A stretch of 64,000 bases of DNA. Source: Saccostrea cucullata. Its lineage: Eukaryota. The notes below the pieces were generated by a model. That model was given only the letters and a program-made list of their open reading frames with translations, had not been told where the DNA came from and made no database searches. This document shows positions 1 to 12,278 of this stretch, one piece after another (the stretch's first letter is position 1; every line of letters starts with the position of its first letter). Made by a program: the position numbers and the translations under genes. The stretch is from assembly GCF_032062105.1 (NCBI RefSeq), contig NW_026931171.1, positions 310,001-374,000 of the forward strand, read 5' to 3'.

Positions 1-506
1 TAATTTAAATAGTCTTGGTTTTAAGTCGGGAAGAATAAATCATAATGCTTGTAAATGGTTTGAAGATTCCTAAATTATTTCATGTGCATTCAACAATTAT
101 CCCAGTCTGCAATAATAATTAAACATAACTGTGTGGCATGAAATTAATTTTAAAAAATGAACCTGTATTAACGAGATTAATATAGTTTCCTGTTGGAAGT
201 GTACAATTTTAATTTGAACGATGCAGCTTAGGGGGTGTCAATATTTACATGTGAATTTCTGACATATGATACTTTGTCGGGGGGGGGGGGTTGAAAAGTC
301 GTACATTTTTGAGGGGGAACGTGTCATTCCATTATTGATTAATAATGATTATTGAATTTACGTAGTAAAAACTACTTTTTAAACACGTTATCAATTGGCA
401 ACAATATAATATTGAACTTTACTGAATGAATTAACCGTAATCGTTATAACAGATAACGGTCAAATGTCAGATTTCTGATAAGAACGTCTAAATAATTTCA
501 TTGAAC

Positions 507-1559
507 ATGGCGGTCTTTGAAAGTTTCCTCTTGTTCTTCGCTACAACGTGTATTTTCATGTGCGACGCGGAGACAGGTTTGGAAGAAAGTAAAATGAATC
601 TGATTTTAGAAGAATTGACTTCATTAAGGAAGACTGTTTTTGCGCTCGAGAACATGGTTCATCACCAAAGTGACCTTATTGATGACCTCAAAGAACGAAA
701 TATTATCCAAGAAAGACGAATATCAGAACTAGAAGCTGCCCAACATAGACAAGACAAAGTCTGTGATGAGATGAAAATCCACCTGGAGAAAACAGAATCT
801 AGATTACACAGCCACTTTTCTGTGTCTTCAGGTCCTACCAACATCACAACTAAATCAACTGGAGAAGATATTCCTGAAAAAAGAATTATTAGATCAGGTA
901 AGTTTTACTTTAAAGAGATGGAATTTAAAAAAAAATGTTATCTGTTGCACTCTCTCTCTCTCATTGAACAAGTTTCTCCCTTTCTCTTCTCGAGAGGGAC
1001 GTTAAACGACATACAAACAATCGCTTTCTCTCTCAACAAAAGTCTCTCTCTTTTAATTATATAATAATCCTCTATCTATCTCTCAACATGTCTCTTTTTT
1101 GACACAGGACGTCTACTGATGAATACTAGGAGCAGTGGGATGCCTCCGTGTGAGGAGGGAGTCATCGCATTTTATGCACAGATGTCCTCATCAGAAGTTA
1201 GTCCCAGCACTCACCATACGCTCATCTTCGATAAAGTACGCACTAATGTTGGCAACGGATATAATGGAATCACAGGGGTCTTTACTGCACCAAAAGAGGG
1301 AATCTATGCATTTATCTGGGTCATTAGAATGCATGAGGCCGAACATTCAACAGAGTTAATGATTAACAACGATATCTTGGGTGCTACATTTCTGCGCGCC
1401 AAAACCGGTGACGACGGATCAGTGAGCGGCACCGCTATTGCGCATGTCGCAAAAGGAGATGTTGTATTTGTGCGCATCCATTCCACGTATGCTGGGGATG
1501 GCGACGTCCTTAGTAATGTACATGGCATGCCAACATTTTCCGGGTGGTTACTGCACTAG
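507..1559 (+). CDS. Secreted coiled-coil + C1q domain-containing protein (C1qDC) copy 1; exons 507-897, 1108-1559
   Basis: Signal-peptide-like N-terminus (MAVFESFLLFFATTCIFMCDA), heptad-rich exon 1, phase-1 GT/AG intron, gC1q motifs IAFYA..LIFDKVRTNVGNGYNGITGVFTAPKEGIYAF..GDVVFVR..TFSGWLL. Confidence 0.92.
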
Positions 1560-2166
1560 TTTGTAAATTTATTATTTTTTTTGTTAATTTTAATATTTCA
1601 AAATGTCTTTCTTTTCTTTTCTGTTTTTTTTGGGGGGGGGGGGGGGTATGAAATTGCATTAGGATGAGGTATAAATTTAGCAAAATTTGAACGTTTGCTT
1701 TAAATCCGGGATATTGTTGAGTTTGCATACTGCACATAGCTAACAAAAATTCATATAATTTTCGATCTCTTCCGTAGAAAAAATTCTTTGGTTCCTAGTT
1801 GGCATGTATCTTTGATTCACTCCATTAAAGGAACATTTACATACCAGCCTCTCCATTTTTTTTTTTTTTTTTTTTTACATTTATAGACAACATTTAACAA
1901 GGGTAAAGTGAATAATACTATACAGATTATTAAGTGTAGATTCATGATCATCAATGAAATGGATTCAGCGAAACATGTATAATGTGCATACATTGTAATC
2001 GTTGAAAGTCAGAATCCATAATTTCTCTGAATAGTTTTGATTTCTCTGAATAGTTTATCTTTGCCAGCCAAGATTTTTTGATTTGCTATCCTCCTTCTGC
2101 GTGAAGAGATTCGCCGATCAGAAAATCTTTTCAACTTTTGAGCCGACATTTTCGCTAATCCAAGTA

Positions 2167-2373
2167 CTGTAGAAGTACATTTTTCCGCATGGGATTAATT
2201 TACACTATGTACGCGATCACAAATTTTCCGCGGAAATTTGTCCAAGCGTACTTAATATAAATGTAAGGCATTTAGTGACAGTCTAAGAAATCCGCGTAAC
2301 TTTCTACCCGCGGATTTACCAGAAATTTAGATTCCGCGGAATTATTACCCCGTGGAAAAAAGTACGTCTACAG
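2167..2373. mobile_element. TA-flanked MITE (Tc1/mariner-pogo-like)
   Basis: TA|CTGTAGAAGTACATTTTTCCGC ... GTGGAAAAAAGTACGTCTACAG|TA imperfect terminal inverted repeats (TIRs) with TA duplication. Confidence 0.75.
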
Positions 2374-3327
2374 TATTGCAAAATTTAAATTAATAAACCT
2401 GACTTTTGGACTTATGTTTTATTTGTGTCACGGTACGAAATGTCCTCTTTCTAAAACAATCAGCCGAAACACTTCTTTGCGGCAGACCGGCAGATGACGT
2501 CATCATATTATAATTGGCATGATTCTTTCACATACCAGAAACCTTTAAGTCCTCAAAGACATAAACATTGTAGTTCTTCCATAAATGTAATCAATGCTTA
2601 TCAACCACTTTATGAACTACTGGTGGACTTTTGCGATAAATGCTGACTTTTAAAATCGACGGCTTACTTTTACACTAAAAATATACGAAAGCTAATTTGT
2701 GATTTATTTGATTTTTTCATTAAAAGGAAACACTATCTGTCATTGATAAATAATGTAATATCTCTTGTGTTGAGTGCATACCGGTAAATCATACTGCTAC
2801 CATTAACACCACACCTATGACCACTAGAGAGGTTTTCTAAAGTTATCTTATCCTCAATTCCGTACCTCGTACATAAAACAAGTTTAAATGTCAAAGTGAG
2901 CCATCGACTGTAAAAGTCAGTACTTCTCGCAACAGTACACTAATTTATTCGGAACAATAAATACAAAATACAATGTATATATTTAATCAGTTTGATTTTA
3001 TACATAATTTGCTTAAAGAGTGCAAAAGCACAATATCAAATTCGTCAAAGGTTCTGAAACCTGAAATTTTCTGAAACCTTAAAAATCGAGTATTTTAAAG
3101 AACTGAACAAAATTTGCATGTGTCATGCTAAAATTCTGCTTTTGTTAATTTTCCCCTTTTTCCGTCGCGGTGTAACTGTAACAAAAAAGCAAATGATTTT
3201 GGATGTTTTTAAATTTGTTCAAGAGATTCCTTGGGGGTTTTTTGTGACAAAAACGTTGAATATTTTACAATAAAATATCATATGCATATCAGTATTTCCT
3301 ATGTGTTACAAGTATTTAATTTATTTT

Positions 3328-3482
3328 AAAGAATCACTGACTCTCTAGGTTGTTGGGTGGACAAGGGTCATCACAGATAGTTGACAACGTAGGATAATTT
3401 GCATAACGGGCGAATAAACTATCCCAAGTTTTCAACTGTTGATGTCCTTGGCATACCAAACAAACTAGACACTGATCTCTTA
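3328..3482. repeat. Degenerate palindromic (hairpin) element
   Basis: Arms AAGAATCACTG..CTAGGTTGTTGG..GTTGACAAC..GGATA and TATCC..GTTTTCAACTG..CCAAACAAACTAG..CTGATCTCTT are imperfect reverse complements. Confidence 0.45.
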
Positions 3483-3559
3483 TATTTACTTTATTTATGG
3501 AATTTTAACATGTTTAAGCCACGGTTGTAATTTGTCTGTTTAATCGCCCCGAACGAAGT

Positions 3560-4420
3560 CGTGGGACAAATTGCTATTATACGCATGATTGAGTTTCTGA
3601 TTGACAATATCTATGTAGCTTTTGGAAACCGGGTCTTCTAACAATCTATTGGAATCACCTTGGCTACCAATTGCGCTCCGTTATTAGCAGGTCTATTTTT
3701 GTGTTTATATGAAGCAGAATTTGTGCAAAATCTTACGCATGAAAAGAAGAAGACACTTGCTGTGGCCTTCAACCCGACAGTTAGATATATTGAGACGTAT
3801 TGTCAATTAACAATGGTAATTTTCATCCTTTTGTCATACGATATATCCCGGTGAGCTTGAGATAAAAGATAATACAGAGTCTGACACATCTGTTTCATAT
3901 TTGGATATTTAACTTGAAAAAGAGTAAATGGTAATCTAACAACCAAGCTCTATGATAAACATGATGACTAACTTTTCTATCTTCAACTTCCCTTACTTAT
4001 GCAGCGATATACCTTCATCATCTGCGTACGGAGTTTATATATCTCAGTTGATTCGATACGCAAGAGCATGTTCTACGTATGAACAATTTCTAAAACGAGG
4101 TACCAAGGGTAAATTATTGACAAACAAATTAATGAAACAAGAATATCAGCAGTCTCGTTTAAAGTCTTCATTTCGTAAGTTCAATGGCCGATACAATGAC
4201 CTTGTCAGCAAATACAAATTATTTGACGACGGATTTTTCCGTTATTTCCCGACATGACAAGGAGCGCACAGCGGGTTTGATCGGTCGTCAGGGGATGCTC
4301 ACTCCTCCATGGCACCTGATCCCACCTCTGATGTTTTGAAGGCCCGTGCTTGCTCTGCTCCTATTTTGTATTCTTTTCTGGGCTTTGATATTGAATACTG
4401 TTCGTTATCACCATATCCTT
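3560..4420 (+). mobile_element. Degenerate Penelope-like retroelement remnant (RT and thumb region plus 3' tail)
   Basis: Broken frames encode MIEFLIDNIYV, TNCAPLLAGLFL-YEAEFVQ and NFPYLCSDIPSSSAYGVYISQLIRYARACSTY, with stops and frameshifts. Confidence 0.75.
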
Positions 4421-4841
4421 CATAACAATCAATCTATGTCAGTTAACCTGATTTCTTATCACAGGAAAAAGAAAATCCTAAAAATATACTGGCATCTCTT
4501 CGCGTATTTTATAGAGTCATCAAGCAAAAAAGTTTGCATATTCAAGCCTTTCAAAATAAGATACTGAAATTCTTATTAATTATTTTATTTATTTAGACAA
4601 TGTATGGGAATTATAAGGGGCTTCTATTCAGCGTTATTGATTGCATCGCTAATAATAGCAAAGTATTTCCTTGCAATTTTTTTTCAAATTACTTTAGATC
4701 AGCTCGGGGTAAATTGAGCCTCTAATATAGATCTACAAGAAACGTGATAATTTAATTCTATTTTCTTCACCAAATTTAGAATTCTATATTACACGATAAG
4801 ATAATACATGCATGTCCTTACATTTGAGTTCAATCACCGAA

Positions 4842-7031
4842 ATGGCACCGATAAAGTTAGCACATGTGCATGAAGTTGTCTTTTTTATTTTGTTGCTTGC
4901 TTTTTCTTACTGCCGCGCTTCAAATGCCAATGAAGATGCAAACGTGCAATCTCAAATTACCATAATGCAAACAACTTTGACCGTTCTTCAAGAAACAGTT
5001 GAACGTCAAAACATCCGCATCAGTAAGCTTGAGAAAGACAATAGAATACAGGAAGAACATATCAATGAACTGTTGATGGTGATTCAGAACTGTGACAAAA
5101 GTGACATTAAGGAAAACAATGACGTAAATTCTGTGAACGCGTCTACACCTACATCGATGAAAGATAACCATCAAAATCGTCAAATGAGGCGGACAGAAAA
5201 GAATTCTTTGATAAGTAAATATTAACTTTTTTTAAAATTCTTGATCTTTTTACATATGCATGTGCTCGTTATTTTCGAATATTTCAATCTAAAACAGTTT
5301 TCCTGTTTGATTTATGCATTCATATTTATACTGGATTAATGGGTACCCTACAAGAATTCTATTAGAATGAAAAAAGTGTTTAGGATTAAAATCATACCAA
5401 GAATTGCTCTAGAAAAATAAAGGTAAAAAGTGAATGATATATACTTCACGCAAAGAAATACCTAGTTATTTAACTAGTGTGCCTCGTAAAGCGTTCGTCG
5501 TGATAAGCAATCATTCTGAGTAGGTGTCTCGTGGAGCGGCGGTCGTATTGATACTAGATAACTTAGTGAAAGTTACTTATAAATTCTAGATTTACTAATG
5601 TTATCTAGTAAATATACCCAATACCTAGTAAAACTACGTTTGAGGTAGTGATTGTGTGGACAGTAAATTTACTAGTCTTTTTAGTGACTTTAACTAGTTT
5701 TTTTCAGTGTTCTGTTGCAGCAGACGGGAATTAGCAATAAACGTAGAAAGATTACTTTAAAATTTTCTTTTGGATTCAACTGACACAAGCTTGAAACTAT
5801 AAAGTTTTTGTTTTGTTCGGCTCTTTAAAAATATTTTTATTCCATATTTGGTACCCTGGTAATCCAGCCTTTATTCACAGTCCCCCCTTTTAAAAAAAAC
5901 TCCAACGTCACCTTTCAGTTTTAAATAAATTTAACATACCGGTCGATGGGAGTATGATTCAATGAGTTTGATTCCGTACCTATATTGAATTCTAAAACTA
6001 CGCTAACATCTCAACAACTAACGATATATTGCAGTGACCAGTATATGTTTAACCAATCTCCTACCCTTGCTCTTCACCAGAAGATTATATGTGGTAAAAA
6101 AGAAAGTTACTTCAAAGGACTTTCAAAGGAAAATGTAAAAATATCAAAACTGTAAAACATCAAAGGAAGTAAATCATTTGACTTTATATTACGCTTTATA
6201 CTACCATTGCTCTGGTAAATTAAGTCTTTTTGACATTATGGGCAACTCCTTCCTCAAGAAAATGAAATTACTTTTAAGATTGCTCATCTACCAAATTACT
6301 TTTATATAAAATCATTTTGATTCTAAATGATTGGAATTTACTCAGAGATATCGTTTATCTAAGGTTTGTTTTTTTTTTTGTAAAAATGTTTGTTTTTGTT
6401 TTTTTTTTATCAGCGTTATCTTTCACATATCTTGATATAGGTGTCAATATAAATGTTTTGGTTAAGACAATTTATCCTTTGTGTACATTAACCATATTTT
6501 TTCTTCACATGTTCAAAATAGATACTAAATGTGTAATGTTATGATGTTCTCCAAGCATCTTTTTTTATTTTTATTTTAGGACGTCTTCTTACGCCACCCT
6601 CAAGTGCACCTCCTCCATCGCATGATCAGATTGCTTTTTACGCCAGGATGTCAGTTACGGAAAAAGCCCCAGGAGGACACCATATCCTTGTTTTCGATAA
6701 TGTAGTCACAAATGTTGGGCATGGATATAATGGGGTTGACGGTATTTTTACTGCCCCAAAAGATGGACTGTATGTTTTTATTTGGGTTATAAGATTATAT
6801 GAAGCTCAACATTCTTCGCAACTCATGATCAACAATGTTGAGCACGGATCAACTTACCTACGCTCTATACATAATGATGATCAATCTGTCAGTGGAAACG
6901 TTGTCGCGCAGGTCAACAAAGGAGACGTTGTGTTTGTCCGTGTCTATCCTTATAATGGATATACTGGTAGCGGAGATATTCTCAGCAATGAACATGGAAA
7001 ACCGTCATTTTCAGGGTGGCTTCTTCAATAG
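4842..7031 (+). CDS. C1qDC copy 2; exons 4842-5214, 6580-7031
   Basis: Signal peptide (VVFFILLLAFSYCRA), coiled coil, phase-1 intron joining in frame (..LIRRLLTPPSSAPPPSHDQIAFYARMS..), complete gC1q domain ending FSGWLLQ*. Confidence 0.92.
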
Positions 7032-7344
7032 ACTCTGATTGGTCTTTGAAAAACATTTTAAAATTACTATCAATTTCAGTTCAGTGTAAAGTTTTGCATT
7101 ACCTCACGATTTTTTTGACAGATGCATCCAGCGTAAACAATTCACGTGATCGGTCAACTCATATTATCAACATTGACACAAAAATAGTCTGTTGTACGAG
7201 CAACCAATCAGCGATTAGAAAAAAGTTCCAGTCGTAAAGCTTGCGGCTGTCAAACTAGATCGTGACGTAACGTACAACCTCACACTGCAATCTATAGTAT
7301 TTTGATAAATATACAATTATAAAGCCTTTTCTCAAGGTTTGATT

Positions 7345-7607
7345 CAGAGGCAGATCCAGGAATTGAAGTTAGGGGGCGCAAAATTTAGACCGGGGGGCTG
7401 GGTGCTGCCTTGAGGCCCCCAGTGGAGGTCCAGGGGGATTCCAGAGGTCATGCTCATGGATTCTAGAGGTTTTAGAGGGTAAAAATGAGGTTTACCAAGT
7501 AGACATTTAACATTTTCTCGACAAAACTATGTTTTATGCTATTAAACTTTGACAATTTTAGGGGGGCGCGCGCACCGGGTGCGCCCCCCCCCTTAAATCC
7601 GCCACTG
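7345..7607. mobile_element. GC-rich MITE with 5-bp target-site duplication (TSD)
   Basis: TGATT|CAGAGGCAGATCC ... AAATCCGCCACTG|TGATT; absent from the paralogous flank of C1qDC copy 3 (~9961-9990). Confidence 0.7.
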
Positions 7608-7656
7608 TGATTGCTTCAGGTCACATTTAATTTTTGCTATGATACTGTGATATATG

Positions 7657-7900
7657 TTAGCTCAACTGAGCTGAAGGTTCAGGTGAACTTTTTCTGATCA
7701 ACATTTGTCCTTCGTTGTAGTTATTGTCATCGGCATTGTCGTTTTCGAAAAACTTTTCTTTCCAGAACGAATGGTCAATACTTCAACCATACTTGGCTAA
7801 AAGTATTCTTTTGTTACTGAAATTGAAGTTTGCTTAAATGAAAATTAATGTCTCTTCCAAGGGAAGATATTTGAAAATTAATTTAAATCGGATTGGGTGA
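7657..7900 (+). mobile_element. Degenerate Helentron-associated (HINE-like) element fragment; paralogous copy at ~10018-10260
   Basis: TTAGCTCAACTGAGCTGAAGGTTCAGGTGA start followed by GTC/GTT microsatellite, the same 5' box as the elements at 42595 and 52757. Confidence 0.55.
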
Positions 7901-8304
7901 TTTAAAAAAATAAAAAAAACAGATGAATATGTGCAAATTTTGCTCCTAGGGTGTATTTTTGCGCATATAAACGAATGCTTTTATGAACTGCACATGAGTA
8001 GTTTTGCTCTTTGTGCAAAAATAACAACTTTCTGCACTCTTTCACGTCAAACTCGAAGGTCAAGGACAAAAGGTTAAAATTGTTAGTATCCAAAGAAAGG
8101 CCTTCTCACAAGAAACAAACATGTATAATACGAAGGCCCTAGATAATATTACCATATATTATACCTCTGCACAATAAGCAGAAAGCAGCAGCTCATCAAA
8201 TTTTGTTCCAAACTTCATCTGGATCGATTTTTAGACGGGGTTACGTGAAAGAGTGCAGAAATTGTTTTGATCGAATTACAAACATTCTGAATGAAACTGA
8301 AGAA

Positions 8305-8541
8305 AGGTTTTTCAGGGAGACACTCGGTGTTCTCGGGTTCAGGTAACAGATCAGGATTACATGTATGTGAAGCTTCTATGAAGAATTTGTCTTTTCTTTT
8401 CTATTTTCTCTCTATTTCATTAAAATTCCTTCTTGTTTTTAGCAGAAAATTTCTAATCAGAATCTTCGATTTTCTGTTTTCTCCATTCAGACGAGACATT
8501 TCACATTTCCACTGTTTCACTACATTTCACAGCTTATCTGC
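8305..8541 (-). pseudogene. Fragment of a B-box/NHL gene paralog (coiled-coil region)
   Basis: Minus strand reads ADKL*NVVKQWKCEMSRLN..IERK*..NPDLLPEPENTECLPEK, matching ADKLWDVVKQWKSEMLSRLN..NPELLPEPEDIECLPEK at ~13345-13583, with in-frame stops. Confidence 0.85.
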
Positions 8542-8940
8542 ATGAATTACTTTTCTATCTGGCACCTATCGAGAAATGTTCCTTTTATATGGTGTAAGGA
8601 AAAACTGATTTACTGTTATTATGTTGAATGTGTACTCATGTTCCTTTTTCTGTCAACTATACACTGTTATTTTCTGAAGACTACAGACTGTGCGTGTTAA
8701 AAATTAAAGCGTACACATGCACTTAAGTAATTTTGTTTTTTTTTTGTTTTACTCCCCTTTGAGAATTCACTTGTCGGCGGGGGTCTGCAATTTTTTTTTT
8801 CAAATTAATTTTTAGTTTAGATTGGGGTCAGTTAAGATTCTTTTACGTACACCGTGATTGTCTCCATATACTTCACTTACTTGTAATTGTGTTAGGCGAT
8901 AAGATAAGGTGTCCTCACATCTAAGTTCAAGCACAGGAAA

Positions 8941-9923
8941 ATGGCACCGGTAAAGTTTAAACATGTATATGAAGTTGCCTTTTGTTTTGTTTTGTTTGCT
9001 TTTTCTTACTGTTGCGCTTCAAACGCGAAAGGAGATTCAAACCTACAATCTCAAATGACTAAAATGCAAAAAACTTTATCCATTCTTCAAGAAACAGTTG
9101 AACGTCAAAACATCCGCATCAGTAAACTTGAGAAAGACAATAGAAGACAGGAAGAACATATCAAAGAACTGTTGTCGGTGATTCAGGACTGTGACAATAG
9201 TGACATTAAGGAAAACAATGACGTAAACTCTGTGAACGAGTCTACAAATAAGTCGATAACGGAAAATCATCAAAATCGTCAGAGGAGGGGAACAGAAAAG
9301 AATCCGTTGATAAGTAAATAATATTAATTGCCTTTATTTTGTGGAATCAAAATCTGTAACGCGTACACACTATTTTGTAATCTACCTGCAAGGATTTAAA
9401 ACAGTTGCATCTAATGTTCTTTTTCAAACACCTTTTTTTATTTTATCTTTCAGAACGCCTTCTTATCCCAGCCTCAAGCTCCCCTTCTCCATCGCAAGAT
9501 CATGTTGCTTTTTAGGCCAGGATGTCAGCTACGGAAAAAGTTCCCAGTGGACACCATATCCTTGTCTTCGACAACGTGGTCACCAATATTGGGAATGGAT
9601 ACAATGGAGTTGACGGTATCTTTACTGCCCCAAAAGATGGAGTTTACGTTTTTATTTGGGTTATAAGATTATATGAAGCTCAACATTCTACGCAACTCAT
9701 GATCAACAATGTTGAGTTTGGATCAACTCACCTACGCGCTATGAATAATGATGATGGATCTGTGAGCGGAAACGTTGTTGCGCATGTCAACAAAGGGGAT
9801 GTTGTGTTCGTCCGTGTGTATCCTTATAATGGATACACTGGTAGCGGCGATATCATCAGCAATATACATGGAAAACCGTCATTTTCCGGGTGGTTTCTCC
9901 AACAGACTCTGACTGATTTTTAA
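8941..9923 (+). pseudogene. C1qDC copy 3 with premature stop; exons 8941-9313, 9454-9923
   Basis: Close paralog of copy 2. The TAC (Tyr in AFYA) is TAG at 9513-9515, and copy 2's terminal TAG is CAG here, so the frame runs on as QTLTDF*. Confidence 0.85.
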
Positions 9924-10803
9924 ACATATCATAAAAATACAATTATTAAGCCTTCGTTCTCAAGTTTTGATCGAGTTAAGGTCACATTTAAAACTTGTTA
10001 AAATACTGTGATATATTTTAGCTCATCCGCTCTGAAGATCTAAGTGCTCTTTTTTTTGTCCGTTCAATGTCGTTGGCATCAGCATTCTTGTTTTTGCCAA
10101 TTTTTTTCTTTTTTTCCAAAACCAATGGTCAAAACATCAACCATACTTTGCTACAAGTATTCTTGTATGACGGAAATTGAAGTTTATTCAAATGAAAATC
10201 AATGCCCCAAGGGGAGATTGTTAAGAATTAATGTAAACCGGGTTGGGTCGTTAAAAACTATGTGGTTGTGAAACACTTATGCTACATTATAGCAACTTAT
10301 AGCGAGGGTTGAAGTTTTCAAATGCCAGTCAATCTACAAGGTAAAGGTCAAAAGGTAAAAATAAATGGTATCCAAAGGAGGATCTTATCACATAAAACTG
10401 TGAAATATAAAATCCATAGTACTTAATGTTAAAAAGTTATGGCTAAGGTTAAAGGTTTTTCAAACTTCAAGGTTAATAGTTGAAAAAATCATTCCCTTTG
10501 AAAGGTCTCGTCACAATGAATACACATGTTAAATATGAAAGCCCTCGCAACAATGATGTAAAAGTTTGGAATTTTTTTATAAAAGTGGGTCAAACTCAAA
10601 GGTCAAGAGGTCAAATTTGGCAGTATCAAACGAAAGGTCTTGTCACAAGGAATATACATCTTAAATATCAAAGCCATAGTCTCACCCACCAAAAAGTTAT
10701 TGGCAAGGTTCAAGTTTTTGCAAACAGACAGACGAACGGACGGGGGAAAACTATTTACTTTCAAATCCTCTGTTGGGGGGGGGGGGGGGGGAGTATCGGT
10801 CAC

Positions 10804-11064
10804 GGTAGCCTAGTGGTAGAGCGTTTCCTTCGAGATCGGGAGGCACGGGTTCAATTCTCGTTCGCGTCAAACCTCAGACGTTAACATAAGGTAGTGACTG
10901 TTCCTTCGCCAAGCGCAAGCGCTCGGTATTAGAAGTGAAAGTCACAGGTCCTGAGTGCCGAATATAGGTCTAAATTTGAAGCCCTTCACCAGCACACAGT
11001 TACGTCTCTGTATGAGTGAAGAATTATCGAATGAGGCGTTAAACAATATACAATCAATCAATCA
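10804..11064 (+). mobile_element. tRNA-derived SINE with (CAAT)n tail; a more degenerate copy lies at ~53945-54210
   Basis: A box TAGCCTAGTGG, B box GGTTCAATTC, (CAAT)n tail, flanking direct repeat ATCGGTCAC at 10795-10803 and 11065-11073. Confidence 0.8.
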
Positions 11065-11634
11065 ATCGGTCACAGGGCATAAAAATTAAAAACCGCTGGG
11101 CCAGAAAAGATGAATCTATGCAAAGCTACTGCCTGGGTATATTTTTGCGCATATAAACAAAGGTTAGCAAGAGTTGAACGTGATTAGTGACAATGCATTC
11201 CTTGTGACATTACCTTTTTGAATATGAAATTATTTTATTTGACCTCATGACTGAATAAATATGTCTGACCTTGATCTTTGAGTTTGAACTAATTTTAAAT
11301 AAAACTCTAACCATAGTTATGATATTTGAGTGATATATCAATTATGATTGGCATTTTTATAGCTTACAGTGTATGCTGATGGTAAAAAAGTTGCTCAACT
11401 TTGAAGTCTAATCAAAAACAAATATTGATAATGCATGAGTCAGATATTTTTTTTTTATTTTATATAAAATATTAAAAAAAAATAAATAAATACATGTATA
11501 TCACAGATTTCAAGTTGAAAAATAAACAGAGAACACATCGGCAGTTCTTGGAGGTAAAATTATACTGTCCCTCTTATATATCAATATTACACTAATATAC
11601 AATTATTGCTTTCTTTTTTAATAACATGAACCAA

Positions 11635-11947
11635 AACTAGAGGTACTGTAAGCAATGAGCTCACTAAATGATACTCGCACCTCCCACATGAATATAATGG
11701 CAGTGTCTATGTTTTGCTATGGAAAACCCAAAATATGTGTCGGATCAAAGAGTAACATAAGAGGTGCACAATGGCAATTTGTAACAAAGATTCTGTGAAA
11801 GTTTCATCAAATTTCATTCAGTGGTATGAGAGGAGTTTCGGATAAGAGATGGGTACCCCAAAGCGTAACAGACAGACGTACAGCTAGACGGACAGACATA
11901 ACGATTACTATATATCCTCCCGCTTTTCAAGCGGGGGGTATAATAAA
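11635..11947 (-). mobile_element. Short Helentron-like non-autonomous element
   Basis: AACTAG terminus with hairpin GTAAGCAATGAGCTCAC, (GACA/GACG)n tract, CCCGCT..AGCGGG palindrome near the other end. Confidence 0.5.
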
Positions 11948-12278
11948 TACAATTGGATATATCTGAAAGTGCATAAAGAATCGTTCACCCAATATTTGAT
12001 TGGTCAAAAGACGAAGCTTAGATGACTTCGTCACGACAAAGACGGTTCACAGTCAAATCTGTTTCCATTTCTTCAGTAAACTTCAGGAATATTAGTGTTG
12101 TTCTTCCCACACATATGATCAATGTTTTTGGATTTTGCGACACTGTTTGCGTCGTACTCAGTCAATACAAAAGGCCAGTGACATTCTTTTTATAGCGAGT
12201 TGTAAATTTGTTCTCAGATATGATTGATATATTTAATGTTTCTTTATTTAGATTCAGATACATGGTTTTTCGTTGCTT

